64,000 nucleotides of DNA from an uncultured Acidobacteriota bacterium (GTDB lineage Bacteria > Acidobacteriota > Thermoanaerobaculia > Multivoradales > UBA5704), in assembly GCA_963770895.1 (NCBI GenBank), contig CAVYRF010000001.1:512001-576000 (forward strand). The letters are read 5' to 3'. The notes below the pieces were generated by a model that was not told where the DNA came from, did not search any database, and worked only from the letters and a program-made list of their open reading frames with translations. The position numbers and the translations under genes are program-made. Below, piece after piece: positions 17,000-27,300 of the stretch. The stretch's first letter is position 1, and each line of letters begins with the position of its first letter.

Positions 17000-19900
17000 C
17001 GCCGCCGAGCGCGCCGGGGACCGTCGGCAGGGTCATCGCGGCGGCGGCCCGCAACCGCTGGTTCACCCTGCTCTGCGTCGCCGGCCTGGCTGCCTGGGGT
17101 TGGCATGCCCTGCGTCACGGACCGCTCGACGCCATCCCGGATCTGTCGGACGTGCAGGTCATCATCTTCACCGAATGGCCGGGCCAGAGCCCGGACCTGG
17201 TCGAGGATCAGGTCACCTTCCCGATCTCCGCCGGCTTGCTCGCGGCGCCGCGGGTGCGCTTCGTGCGCGGCCAGTCGATGTTCGGCATGTCGTTCGTCTA
17301 TGCCATCTTCGAGGACGGGACCGACATCTACTGGGCGCGCTCGCGCGTCCTCGAATATTTGAACCAGGCGCAGGGCGCGCTGCCCGCGGGCGTCCGTCCG
17401 CGCCTCGGCCCGGACGCCACCGGCGTCGGCTGGGTCTTCGAGTACGCCCTGGTCGACCCGAGCGGCCGGCACGACCTGCAGCAGCTGCGCGCGCTGCAGG
17501 ACTGGAACCTGCGCTACGCGCTCGCCAGCGTGCCGGGAGTCGCCGAGGTGGCCTCGGTCGGCGGTTTCGTCAAACAGTACCAGGTGCAGCTCGACCCGAC
17601 GCGGCTGCGGGCCTACGGTATCGCCGCGGCGACGGTGGTGGAGAAGGTGCGCGCCTCGAACCAGGAAGCGGGCGGCAGTGCCATCGAGCTGTCCGGCCAC
17701 GAGTACGTGATCCGCGGCCGGGGCTACGTGCGCAGCCTCGCCGACCTCGAGGAGGTGCCGCTCAAGGTCGGACCCGGCGGCACGCCGGTGCTCCTCCGCG
17801 ACGTCGCCGTGGTGAGCCTCGGTCCCGAGGAGCGGCGCGGACTGGCCGAGCTGGGCGGCCAGGGCGAAGCGGTGGGCGGCATCGTGGTGATGCGGTACGG
17901 AGAGAACGCGCTCGCCGTCATCCGCGCCGTCAAGGTGCGCCTCGGCGAGATCGAGCGCAGCCTCCCTGCGGGGGTGCGCGTGATCACGACCTACGATCGG
18001 TCGCGGCTCATCGAGGAGTCGATCGCGACCCTCCGCCACACCCTGATCGAGGAGATGGTGGTGGTGTCGCTGGTCATCTTCCTCTTCCTGCTCCACGCGC
18101 GAAGCGCCCTGGTGCCGATCCTCTCGCTGCCGGTCGCCGTGCTGCTCGCCTTCATCCCGATCTTCTACCAGGGGCTGACGGTCAACATCATGTCGCTCGG
18201 CGGCATCGCCGTGGCCCTGGGCGCGATGGTCGATGCCTCGATCATCCTGATCGAGAATATCCACCAGCACCTCGAGCGCTGGGAAGCGGCAGGCCGGCCG
18301 GAAGGCAGGCCCGGCCAGGTGCAGCAGATCGTCGCCGCCATGCAGGAGGTCGGCCCCAGCCTCTTTTTCGCGCTGCTCGTGATCACCGTGGCCTTCCTGC
18401 CGGTCTTCACCCTGGAAGGCACCGAGGGCCGCCTCTTCCGGCCGCTCGCCTTCACCAAGACCTGGTCCATGGGCTTTTCCGCCGTGCTCGCGGTCACCCT
18501 GGCGCCGGCGCTCGCGGTGCTCTTGATCCGCGGCAAGATCCGCCGGGAAGCCGACAACCCGCTCAACCGCTGGTTGATCCGAGCCTACGCGCCCGTCGTC
18601 CGTTTCGTGGTCGATCACCGCCTGGCGGTGATCGGTACGGCGGTCGCGCTGCTCGTGCTGTCGCTGCCCGCCTGGTTCCGCCTCGGGCAGGAGTTCATGC
18701 CGCCGCTCAACGAAGGCGTGATCCTCTACATGCCGACCGCGCCGCCGGGGATGTCGATCGCCACCGCGTCGCGGACGCTGCAGGCGATGGATCGCCGGCT
18801 CGCCGCCTTCCCGGAGGTGGCAACGGTGTTCGGCAAGATGGGCCGCGCCGAGTCGCCGACCGATCCGGCGCCGATCGGCATGGTGGAGAGCGTCGTGACG
18901 CTCGCGCCGCGCGCGCAGTGGCGGGCCGGTCTGACCTGGGACGGCTTGATCCGCGAGATGGACAGGAAGCTGCAATTTCCCGGCATGCCCAACGTCTGGT
19001 GGATGCCGATCCAGACCCGCACCGAGATGCTCGCGACGGGCATCAGGAGCCCGCTGGGAATCAAGATCTTCGGCGACGACCTCCAGGCGATCGAAAAGGT
19101 TTCGATCGCGATCGAACAGGCCGTCGCCGCTGTGCCGGGGACCCGCAGCGCCTATGCCGACCGGGCGCAGGGCGGCCTCTACCTCGACGTACGGGTCGAC
19201 CGTCCGGCGGCGGCGCGCTACGGGCTCACCGTTGCCGACGTGGACGCGGTCGTCGCCTCGGCGATCGGTGGTGAAGAGGTCTCCCGTACCATCGAAGGGC
19301 GCGAGCGCTATCCGATCTCGGTGCGCTTCGCCCGCGACTACCGCGCCGACCCGCAGGCGCTGCTCACCCAGGTGCTGGTCGCGACGCCCGCCGGGGCGCA
19401 GGTGCCGCTCGGCGCCGTGGCACGGGTCGAGGCCGCCGCCGGGCCGCCGATGATCCGCAGCGAAGGCGGCCGCCTGGTCGGCTTCGTCTTCGTCGACGTC
19501 GCCGATCGGGCCATCGCCGACTACGTCAGGGACGCGCGGCGGCAGGTCGAATCCAAGGTTGCCTTGCCGCCGGGGATGCGCGTCGAATGGGCGGGGCAGT
19601 TCCAATCCTTCGCGCGCGCCAAGGCGCGGTTGCAGCTGGTGGTGCCGCTCACCCTGCTCCTGATCGTGCTCCTGCTCTACCTCAATACCCGCTCGGGCGT
19701 CGAAACCGGCATCGTCTTGCTCGCCGTGCCGTTCTCGCTCATCGGCGCGGTCTGGCTGCTCTTCGCGCTGCACTACAACGTCAGCGTGGCGGTCTGGGTC
19801 GGCCTGATCGCGCTGGCGGGCCTGGACGCCGAGACCGGCGTGGTGATGCTGCTCTACCTCACGCTCTCGCACCGGCGCTTCCAGGCGGAAGGTCGCCTGC

Positions 19901-20148
19901 ACTCGTTCGCGGACCTGCGCGAGGCGATCGTCGACGGCGCCGCGCACCGCATCCGGCCGAAGCTGATGACCGTCGTCACCATGATCGTCGGCCTGCTCCC
20001 GATCCTCTGGAGCTCCGGCACCGGCGCCGACCTGATGAAACGGATCGCGGCGCCGATGGTGGGCGGCCTGGTGAGCTCCTTCCTGCTCGAGCTCGCGGTC
20101 TACCCGGCCGTCTTTGCGCTCTGGAAAAACCGGGAAGTGCGCCGGTGA
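16996..20148 (+). CDS. cusA: CusA/CzcA heavy-metal RND permease
   Basis: LDAIPDLSDVQVII, LGPDATGVGWV, GAMVDASII, EFMPPLNEG, MPIQTRTEMLATG, RIRPKLMTV. Confidence 0.95.
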   Translation: MTPPSAPGTVGRVIAAAARNRWFTLLCVAGLAAWGWHALRHGPLDAIPDLSDVQVIIFTEWPGQSPDLVEDQVTFPISAGLLAAPRVRFVRGQSMFGMSFVYAIFEDGTDIYWARSRVLEYLNQAQGALPAGVRPRLGPDATGVGWVFEYALVDPSGRHDLQQLRALQDWNLRYALASVPGVAEVASVGGFVKQYQVQLDPTRLRAYGIAAATVVEKVRASNQEAGGSAIELSGHEYVIRGRGYVRSLADLEEVPLKVGPGGTPVLLRDVAVVSLGPEERRGLAELGGQGEAVGGIVVMRYGENALAVIRAVKVRLGEIERSLPAGVRVITTYDRSRLIEESIATLRHTLIEEMVVVSLVIFLFLLHARSALVPILSLPVAVLLAFIPIFYQGLTVNIMSLGGIAVALGAMVDASIILIENIHQHLERWEAAGRPEGRPGQVQQIVAAMQEVGPSLFFALLVITVAFLPVFTLEGTEGRLFRPLAFTKTWSMGFSAVLAVTLAPALAVLLIRGKIRREADNPLNRWLIRAYAPVVRFVVDHRLAVIGTAVALLVLSLPAWFRLGQEFMPPLNEGVILYMPTAPPGMSIATASRTLQAMDRRLAAFPEVATVFGKMGRAESPTDPAPIGMVESVVTLAPRAQWRAGLTWDGLIREMDRKLQFPGMPNVWWMPIQTRTEMLATGIRSPLGIKIFGDDLQAIEKVSIAIEQAVAAVPGTRSAYADRAQGGLYLDVRVDRPAAARYGLTVADVDAVVASAIGGEEVSRTIEGRERYPISVRFARDYRADPQALLTQVLVATPAGAQVPLGAVARVEAAAGPPMIRSEGGRLVGFVFVDVADRAIADYVRDARRQVESKVALPPGMRVEWAGQFQSFARAKARLQLVVPLTLLLIVLLLYLNTRSGVETGIVLLAVPFSLIGAVWLLFALHYNVSVAVWVGLIALAGLDAETGVVMLLYLTLSHRRFQAEGRLHSFADLREAIVDGAAHRIRPKLMTVVTMIVGLLPILWSSGTGADLMKRIAAPMVGGLVSSFLLELAVYPAVFALWKNREVRR

Positions 20149-20322
20149 GATGAAGTCGGTCGGTGTGCGCCCGTTTGGCGTCACCGCGCGCACCGGCGCC
20201 GGCGCCGCGACCTTAACACGCGCAATATGGTGTATTCTTGCGGAAGCAAGATCAATTTTGCGTGGATTTTCCAAGTAGTTCCCAAGTGGCAATGTTTGTA
20301 TGTCCGCAGAAATCGGGTGCCA

Positions 20323-23300
20323 ATGTCTTCAGCAATGACCTTGTTGTTGATGGCCGCAATCGGCCTTGCCGGCTTCTCGGGAGAGCGCGCCGGCACAATG
20401 CCTGCGACCGACCCTTCCAGGTCCGCCGCCCGGGCGCTGGCCGCGGTGGTGGAATCGCCTGAGCCGGGGCGCACCTTTGCCGAACCGCTGCTCGCCGCGG
20501 GGAGGCCGGACGCTGGCGAAACGCGACTGCTGCGGCAGGCGATCGAGGCGTACCGCGCCGCGGCCGACGTCGAAGCGGTGCAACCGATCCTTCAGTTCCT
20601 GGATCGGCACCCGGCTTCGGTTTGGAAGCCGTCGCTGCTTGCCAACCTGGCGGTGCTCTACCGCCATACCGGCTACCTCGATCGCGCGCTGGACGCCGCC
20701 GGCGAGGCGTGGCGGCTGACCAAGGCGTCGGCCGACCCGGAGGTGCGCAAGATCGCCGACAGCGCGCTCGCCACCTGTTTGGAGCTGGACTCTTCGCTCG
20801 GCCGGACCGACGAGCTGGCGGCGCTCCTGGTCGAGGTCCGCGATCGGCCCCTGGGAGGCCATGCGGCGGAAACCGCGTCGGGTGCGCGATCGAGCCTGTG
20901 GCAGATGCGCACCGATCCGGCAGGCTCCTTCCGCTGCGGGCCGCTGGCCCTGGAGCGGGTGAGTCAGGTGCTGCATCCCGGTGCGCCGGTGGACCGGCGC
21001 CTGCTGGAGTATCCGTCCACCTTCCAGGGCACCAGCCTGGCCGAGCTGGTGAAGCTGGCGCAGACCTCGGGCCTGGGCCTCCACGCCGTGCGGCGCGAGG
21101 CCGGCTCGCTCATCCCGGTGCCGTCCGTCGTGCATTGGAAAGCGGACCACTTTGCCGCCCTGGTCGAGGAGCGACAGGGACGCTACCGGGTGAAGGACCT
21201 GACCTTCGGCGACGATCGGTGGCTCAGCCGGCAGGCGGTGGAAGAAGAGTCGACCGGCTATCTGCTGGTGCCGCAGAGCGCGGGTCCGCGGCCCGGCTGG
21301 CGGGCGGTGGCAGAGTCCGAGGCCGCCGGGGTGCGCGGCCGCGGTGTGAGCGCCAACCCCAACCCGGGCGCCACGACGCCGGGCGATCCGAAGAAGCCCC
21401 AGCTGCCCGGCGACTGCAACGCCGGCTCCGACAGCGGCATGCCGCGCTACAACTTCCATGCCGCGGTGATCAGCCTGAACGTGACCGATTCGCCGGTGGG
21501 GTACCGGCCGCCGCGCGGACCCGCCATGCGCTTCGGCATCACGTACAACAGCCGCGAGGACTTTCAGCCCAGCACCTTCACCTTCCCCAACCTGGGGCCG
21601 CGCTGGAATTTCGACTGGCTCTCCTACGTCGAGGACGACGACCCCAACCTCAACGGCAGCACCATCCGTGTGGCGGAGCGCGGCGGCGGCTCGTACGTGC
21701 TGCCGCAGTCTTCAGGTGCATCGTGGATGTATGGACCCAACGCCCGCGGCTCCCACGAGACGGTGACGCGGCTGTTCGCCAGCGGCGGCACGACGACCAT
21801 CGGCTTTGCGCGCCAATATCCCGACGGTTCGCAGGAGGTGTATCAACAGTCGGACGGCGCCACGACCATGCGCAAGTATTTCCTCACCTCGGTGGTGGAC
21901 CCGGCGGGCAACGGCGTGACCCTGAGCTACGACGCCGCGACGATGCGCCTGCTGTCGATCACCGATCCGCTGGGCCAGCAGACGACGCTCACCTACGATC
22001 CCACGGATATCTACAAGGTCACCGCGGTCACCGATCCGTTTGGCCGCCAGGCGGTCTTCACCTATTCCGGCGGGCTGCTGCAGAGCGTGACCGATGCGAT
22101 GGGGTTGACGTCGTCGTTCGCCTACGGTCCGCCCTACGGCGGTTCGCTCCCCGCGACCGACTTCATGAGCTCGATGACCACACCGTACGGCACCACCGCC
22201 TTTGAAACCTATGAGCAGCAGCCCACGGACCCCAACGGCACCGCGGATCCGACGCTGCTTGGCAACACGCGCTGGCTGCTGGCGACGGACCCGGTCGGCG
22301 ACCGCGAACGGATCGAGTTCCGGCACCTGGCGCCGGGCGTCCAGCAGACGACCGGCGAACCGGTGCCGGCGGGATTCGACAACAGCAACCTTGCCTATCG
22401 CAACACTTTCTATTGGAACGCCACGGCGATGTTGACCTACAGCGATTCCGATCCCAATCGCTATCTGAATGCATCGTACCTCCAGCACTGGCTGCACGAC
22501 GGCACCGGCTCGATTCCCGCCGTCGCCTCGATCCTGGAAAGCGAGCAGGCGCAGGGACAGCATCGCATCTGGTACAGCTACCCGGGCGAGCCGGCGGCGC
22601 AATATCAAGGGACGCTTTCGACACCGACCGCGGTGGCGCAGGTGCTCGATAGCGGACAGACGCAGCTGTACACCCAGACCTATGACGGCTCCGGGCGGTT
22701 GCTCAGCCGTATCGATCCGGTGGGTCGCACCTACTCCTACCACTACGCCAGCAATGGCATCGATCTGGCCTTCATCGACAACGACCTGCTCCACGAGCAG
22801 GTGATGGCCGCGGCGTACAACTCGGCGCACCGTCCGCTCTCCTATACGAATTACGCGGGACAGGCCACCGTCGCCACCTACAACAGTTTCGGCCAGCTCA
22901 CCTCGGTCACCCGGCCCGACGGGGTGGAGACCACCATCACCTACGACGGCCGCGGATTTCCCACCAAGGTGGCCCGCGTGGGCACCTCGTACCAGGAGAC
23001 CTACACCTACGACCCGGTGGGGCGCATAGAGACCTGGACCGGAACCGACGGCTATACGATGACCTTCGGCTACGACAACCTGGACCGCCTGACCAGCATC
23101 ACCTATCCGGACGGCACCAGCGAACAGGTGGTGTTCAACCTCCGCGACGTGGTCCTGTATCAGGACCGCATGGGGAGGGCCACCACCTACACCTACGACG
23201 CCGCCGACCGCCGGCAGTCGATGACCGACGCCGCCGGTCGTACGACGTACTTCTCCTGGTGCGGTTGCGGCGCCCTGGACCAGATGACCGACCCGTTGGG

Positions 23301-24324
23301 TCATTCGACCTCCTGGTTGAACGACAACCTCAATCGCGTCGTCGGCAAGAGCATCAACGGGCAACTGAGCGTGCTGTATGGCTTTGACGGGTCCGGGCGC
23401 CTGGTCGGCAAGACCGACGCGCTCGGTCAGGTGACCAACTATTCGTACAACGTCGACAACTCCCTGGCAGCGATCGCCTATCAGAATGCAGTTCACCCCA
23501 CGTCCGGGGCAACCTTCGCCTACGACCCGTTCTATCCGCGGCTCATCCAGCAGGTCGACGGCTTCGGCACCACGACCTTCACCTACTACCCGGCCGGGGT
23601 GCCGGGCGCCGGAAAGATTGCAACCATGACGGCGCCGGCGCCCAACCACACCGTGGCGTTGCAATACGACGCGATCGGCCGCCAGATTGGGCTGACCCTG
23701 GACGGTATCGTGCAGAGCCGGTCGTTCGATGGCGAGGGCCGCCTGGCCTCGGTCACCAATCCGCTGGGGACGTTCAACCTCAGCTATGCCGGCGCGTCGC
23801 CGCGCTCCACCGGCGCCTCGTATCCCAACGGTCAGGGATCGACGCTGACCTACCTGGACGTGCTGCACGACTTCCGTCTGTCGCAGCTCGGCTGGGGGCC
23901 GGCGGGCGGCGCGAACCTGTCGCAGTTCGACTACTCGTACGATGCGGCGCACGACCAGATCACCGGTGTGGCCGACTACGACGCCGTCAATCCGGCGGGG
24001 CGCTTTTTCAGCCTCGCCTACGACCCCGACAAGGAGCTGCTGTCACGACTGCAAACCAGCAACCCGACGCAGGCGCCGGTGACGGTCGTGCACTCCGATG
24101 CCTTTGGCTACGACCAGGCGGGGAACCGCGGCAGCGAAACGATCGACGGCGTCCTCTCGGTGACGACGTTCAACGGTGCCAACCAGGTGACGGCGATCCA
24201 GCGCGGCCTTGTGCAGCAGGCGGCAGGCGCCATCCAGAACCGAAGGCGCCAGCTGCTCGACCGTGCAGCGGCGCCGGGTGAGGCCGCGCAGCGCAGCGGC
24301 GAAGCTCCGGTGGTGCATCCATGA
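20323..24324 (+). CDS. Secreted C39-peptidase-domain plus YD/RHS repeat protein lacking the RHS core (N-terminal half)
   Basis: Hydrophobic leader; TPR-like segment; FRCGPLAL / VHWKADHFAAL / VKD (Cys-His-Asp); DSPVGYRPPRGP; many YD repeats. Ends after GNRGSE..FNGANQV with no RHS core. Start uncertain. Confidence 0.85.
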   Translation: MSSAMTLLLMAAIGLAGFSGERAGTMPATDPSRSAARALAAVVESPEPGRTFAEPLLAAGRPDAGETRLLRQAIEAYRAAADVEAVQPILQFLDRHPASVWKPSLLANLAVLYRHTGYLDRALDAAGEAWRLTKASADPEVRKIADSALATCLELDSSLGRTDELAALLVEVRDRPLGGHAAETASGARSSLWQMRTDPAGSFRCGPLALERVSQVLHPGAPVDRRLLEYPSTFQGTSLAELVKLAQTSGLGLHAVRREAGSLIPVPSVVHWKADHFAALVEERQGRYRVKDLTFGDDRWLSRQAVEEESTGYLLVPQSAGPRPGWRAVAESEAAGVRGRGVSANPNPGATTPGDPKKPQLPGDCNAGSDSGMPRYNFHAAVISLNVTDSPVGYRPPRGPAMRFGITYNSREDFQPSTFTFPNLGPRWNFDWLSYVEDDDPNLNGSTIRVAERGGGSYVLPQSSGASWMYGPNARGSHETVTRLFASGGTTTIGFARQYPDGSQEVYQQSDGATTMRKYFLTSVVDPAGNGVTLSYDAATMRLLSITDPLGQQTTLTYDPTDIYKVTAVTDPFGRQAVFTYSGGLLQSVTDAMGLTSSFAYGPPYGGSLPATDFMSSMTTPYGTTAFETYEQQPTDPNGTADPTLLGNTRWLLATDPVGDRERIEFRHLAPGVQQTTGEPVPAGFDNSNLAYRNTFYWNATAMLTYSDSDPNRYLNASYLQHWLHDGTGSIPAVASILESEQAQGQHRIWYSYPGEPAAQYQGTLSTPTAVAQVLDSGQTQLYTQTYDGSGRLLSRIDPVGRTYSYHYASNGIDLAFIDNDLLHEQVMAAAYNSAHRPLSYTNYAGQATVATYNSFGQLTSVTRPDGVETTITYDGRGFPTKVARVGTSYQETYTYDPVGRIETWTGTDGYTMTFGYDNLDRLTSITYPDGTSEQVVFNLRDVVLYQDRMGRATTYTYDAADRRQSMTDAAGRTTYFSWCGCGALDQMTDPLGHSTSWLNDNLNRVVGKSINGQLSVLYGFDGSGRLVGKTDALGQVTNYSYNVDNSLAAIAYQNAVHPTSGATFAYDPFYPRLIQQVDGFGTTTFTYYPAGVPGAGKIATMTAPAPNHTVALQYDAIGRQIGLTLDGIVQSRSFDGEGRLASVTNPLGTFNLSYAGASPRSTGASYPNGQGSTLTYLDVLHDFRLSQLGWGPAGGANLSQFDYSYDAAHDQITGVADYDAVNPAGRFFSLAYDPDKELLSRLQTSNPTQAPVTVVHSDAFGYDQAGNRGSETIDGVLSVTTFNGANQVTAIQRGLVQQAAGAIQNRRRQLLDRAAAPGEAAQRSGEAPVVHP

Positions 24325-27300
24325 GCGGCCTGGCGCACCGCTGGGATCCCTGCGACCCGGCATCACGCAGTTGGTGCAGCCGGGCCACCGTCGCGGGCCG
24401 GGTGCTTGTCGTGCTGGTGGTTCTAATGGGTGCTTCGCAACACCGCGCCACGGCGCAGTACACGACCATAGGCAACCCGGTGGCACAGGGGGGAGTCGCG
24501 TATCTCTACTACGGGACGTGCTCCAACAAATACTATGGCGCTACCTGGTCCTATACGCTGAGCGGTCCGCCCGGAGCATCGATTTCCGTCATGAGCTCCA
24601 ACGACCAGTTCTGCTGGTCGGCGGCGTTCAACGCCGGCTATGTCGCGGGAAACTATGTGGTCGCCCTTTCTCAAGGCGGCACCAGCTACGGTTCTGTGAC
24701 CATCACCGTCAGCCCGGTCACCATTACGATCAGCGGCCCGACGACCTTCGACGAGAACTATGTCTATACTGCCGCGCTGACCGCGACGATGAATGGCATG
24801 GCAAACGCCGCCGACGGCGTCATGACCTGGAGCATCACGCCGGTCAGCGATACGACGGTGACCACTTCGCAACAGTCGCCATCGATGAACTTTCAAGCCC
24901 TTGGGGACGTGCATGTGGGGATCACCGCGGGCACCTATGAGGTGTTTGCCACCAGCGTCAAGGAGCCTTCCGTGGTCGGCGTCCTGGTGATCACCGTGCT
25001 GCCGCCGGTGGTCACCGTCACTCCCACCTCGGCCGCCATCGGCACCGGCCAGACCTTGACGTTCTATTGCACGGACAGCAACGTGCCGCCGACGATCACC
25101 CCGAGCTGCACGATGGAAACGGACGATCCGGGGGCGGTGGGCTGGACCAGTCCCGGAACAACCTTCTCCATCCTGCACTCCGCCGGCGCGCCGGGCGGCA
25201 CCTATCACTACTGGTTCGACGGCGCCTGGGGAGGACAGGTGGTGGCGATGGTCACCGTCGTCGACATCCAGGTCAAGCCGGCGTCGATCATCGTGCTGCC
25301 CGGCACGCAACGGCAGTTCTTCTCCGAGGTGACCGGCAGCGGCCAGGCGGTGCAATGGTCCACCACCGTTCCCGGCGCGACGATCTCCAGCACAGGTCTG
25401 CTTGCGGTCCCCACCGGCACCGCGACCGGCACCCACGCGGTGACGGTCCAGACGGTCGGCACTCCCGTCGCGCCGGCGACCGCCGTGGTGACCGTGGCCA
25501 ATGCGTTGCCGGTGACCGGCGTGGCCGTCGCGCCCATCCGTTCGGTCATCGACGAGGGGCAGCAGCAGCCGTTCAGCGCCGTCGTCCTGGGGCAGAACGC
25601 CGAGCTCTACGCCAATCCGGCGGTCTCCTGGTCGGTGTCCGGTCCGGTCCCGGTGTCCATTCCGGCCGACGGCCTGTTCACCGCACCCGCGGCCGATGGC
25701 GTCTACACGGTCACCGCCACGTCGTTGGCCGACCCGACCAGGTCGGGCTCGGCCACGGTCGTGGTCGGCGAAGACCTGACCGTGCAACCGTCCGCCGTGA
25801 GCCTTGCGCCGGGAGCTTCGCAGGCGTTCACGGCGCAGGTCAGTGGCGAGGCCAATCCGACGACCGCCTGGAGCGTCCTGGAGGGCGCGGCCGGCGGGAC
25901 GATCTCGGCCGCGGGCGTCTACACCGCGCCCGCCACGGCGGGCCTCTATCATGTCGTGGCAATGGGGGCCACGGTCGACGCGCAGCTGCAGGGGATGGCC
26001 ACGGTGAGCGTCGGCTCCAACCCGGAGGTTTCGGTCACCATCACCCCGGCCGAGGTCTCCCTGGTTCCCGGCGGTACGCAGCAGTTCACCGCCAGCGTCG
26101 CGGGCGTGGCCGATACCAGCGTCGCCTGGACGGCATCGGCGGGCACGATCGACGCGACCGGCTTCTTCACCGCGCCGCCGACCTACGGCACCGTCACCAT
26201 CACGGCACAAAGCCACGCCAACCCCCAGGTGCTGACGTCGGCGACTGCCGAAATCGCCGGCAGCGGTCCGGTCACGTCCTTCCAGTACGACGCCGATGGC
26301 AATCTGCTGAACGACGGAACCCGGACCTACGAATGGGACGCGGCAAACCGGCTGACGGCGGTCAACATCGGCACCCAGCGCAGTGAGTTCGGCTACGACG
26401 TCTTCGGCAGAAGGGTCCTGATCACCGAGAAAACCAACGGCACGGTGACCAGCAGCCACCATTTCATCTGGGTGGGCAACCAGATGCTCGAAGAGACCGA
26501 TGCGACCTCGGCGCCCGCCGCTGGTCCGCTGGGCCTCGGCAACTTCGACGCGGTGTCCTGCAACACCATCGTGGGGTGGGCCTGGAACTCCGCTCAACCC
26601 AACACCCCGATCAGCGTCGATTTCTACAACGGGTCGACGAAGGTTGCCTCTACCCTCGCCAACGCCTTCCGCGGCGACGTCCGCGCGGCCGGCGGCGGCA
26701 ATGGCGACCACGGCTTCTCGTACCCCCTGCCGGCTGCCTTCAAGACCGGCACGGCACAGAGCGTCACCATCATGCTGGACGGCACGTCTACCGGCTTAGG
26801 CACCCGCTCCGTCAGCTGTCCGGCGGCAAGCCTTGCCGGTGCCTTCGGGGAGGCCGACTGCACGCAGCTCGCCGGCTGGGGCTGGGATGCCACCGAGCCG
26901 AGCTCGCCGATCGGCATCGACATCTACGACGGTTCCACCCTGCTCACCACGGTGCTCGCCAACGCTTTCCGGCAGGACCTGGTCAACGCCGGCATCGGCA
27001 ACGGCGATCACGGCTTCTTCCTGCCCACTCCGGTTTCCCTGAAAAACGGCGCCAGCCATGCGATCACCCTGAAGGCCGCCGGCACCTCGATCGTCCTCGG
27101 CGGCACCCGCAGCCTCACCTGCCCGGCGCCCGCCTTCAGCGGCCATATCGACTTTGTCGATTGCACCCAGATCGCCGGCTGGGCCTGGGACGCCAATCAA
27201 CCCAACGCCGCGATCGACGTCGACATCTACGACGGCACGACCCTGCTTGCCACCATCCCCGCCAGCAACTTCCGCCAGGACCTGTTGAACGCCGGCATCG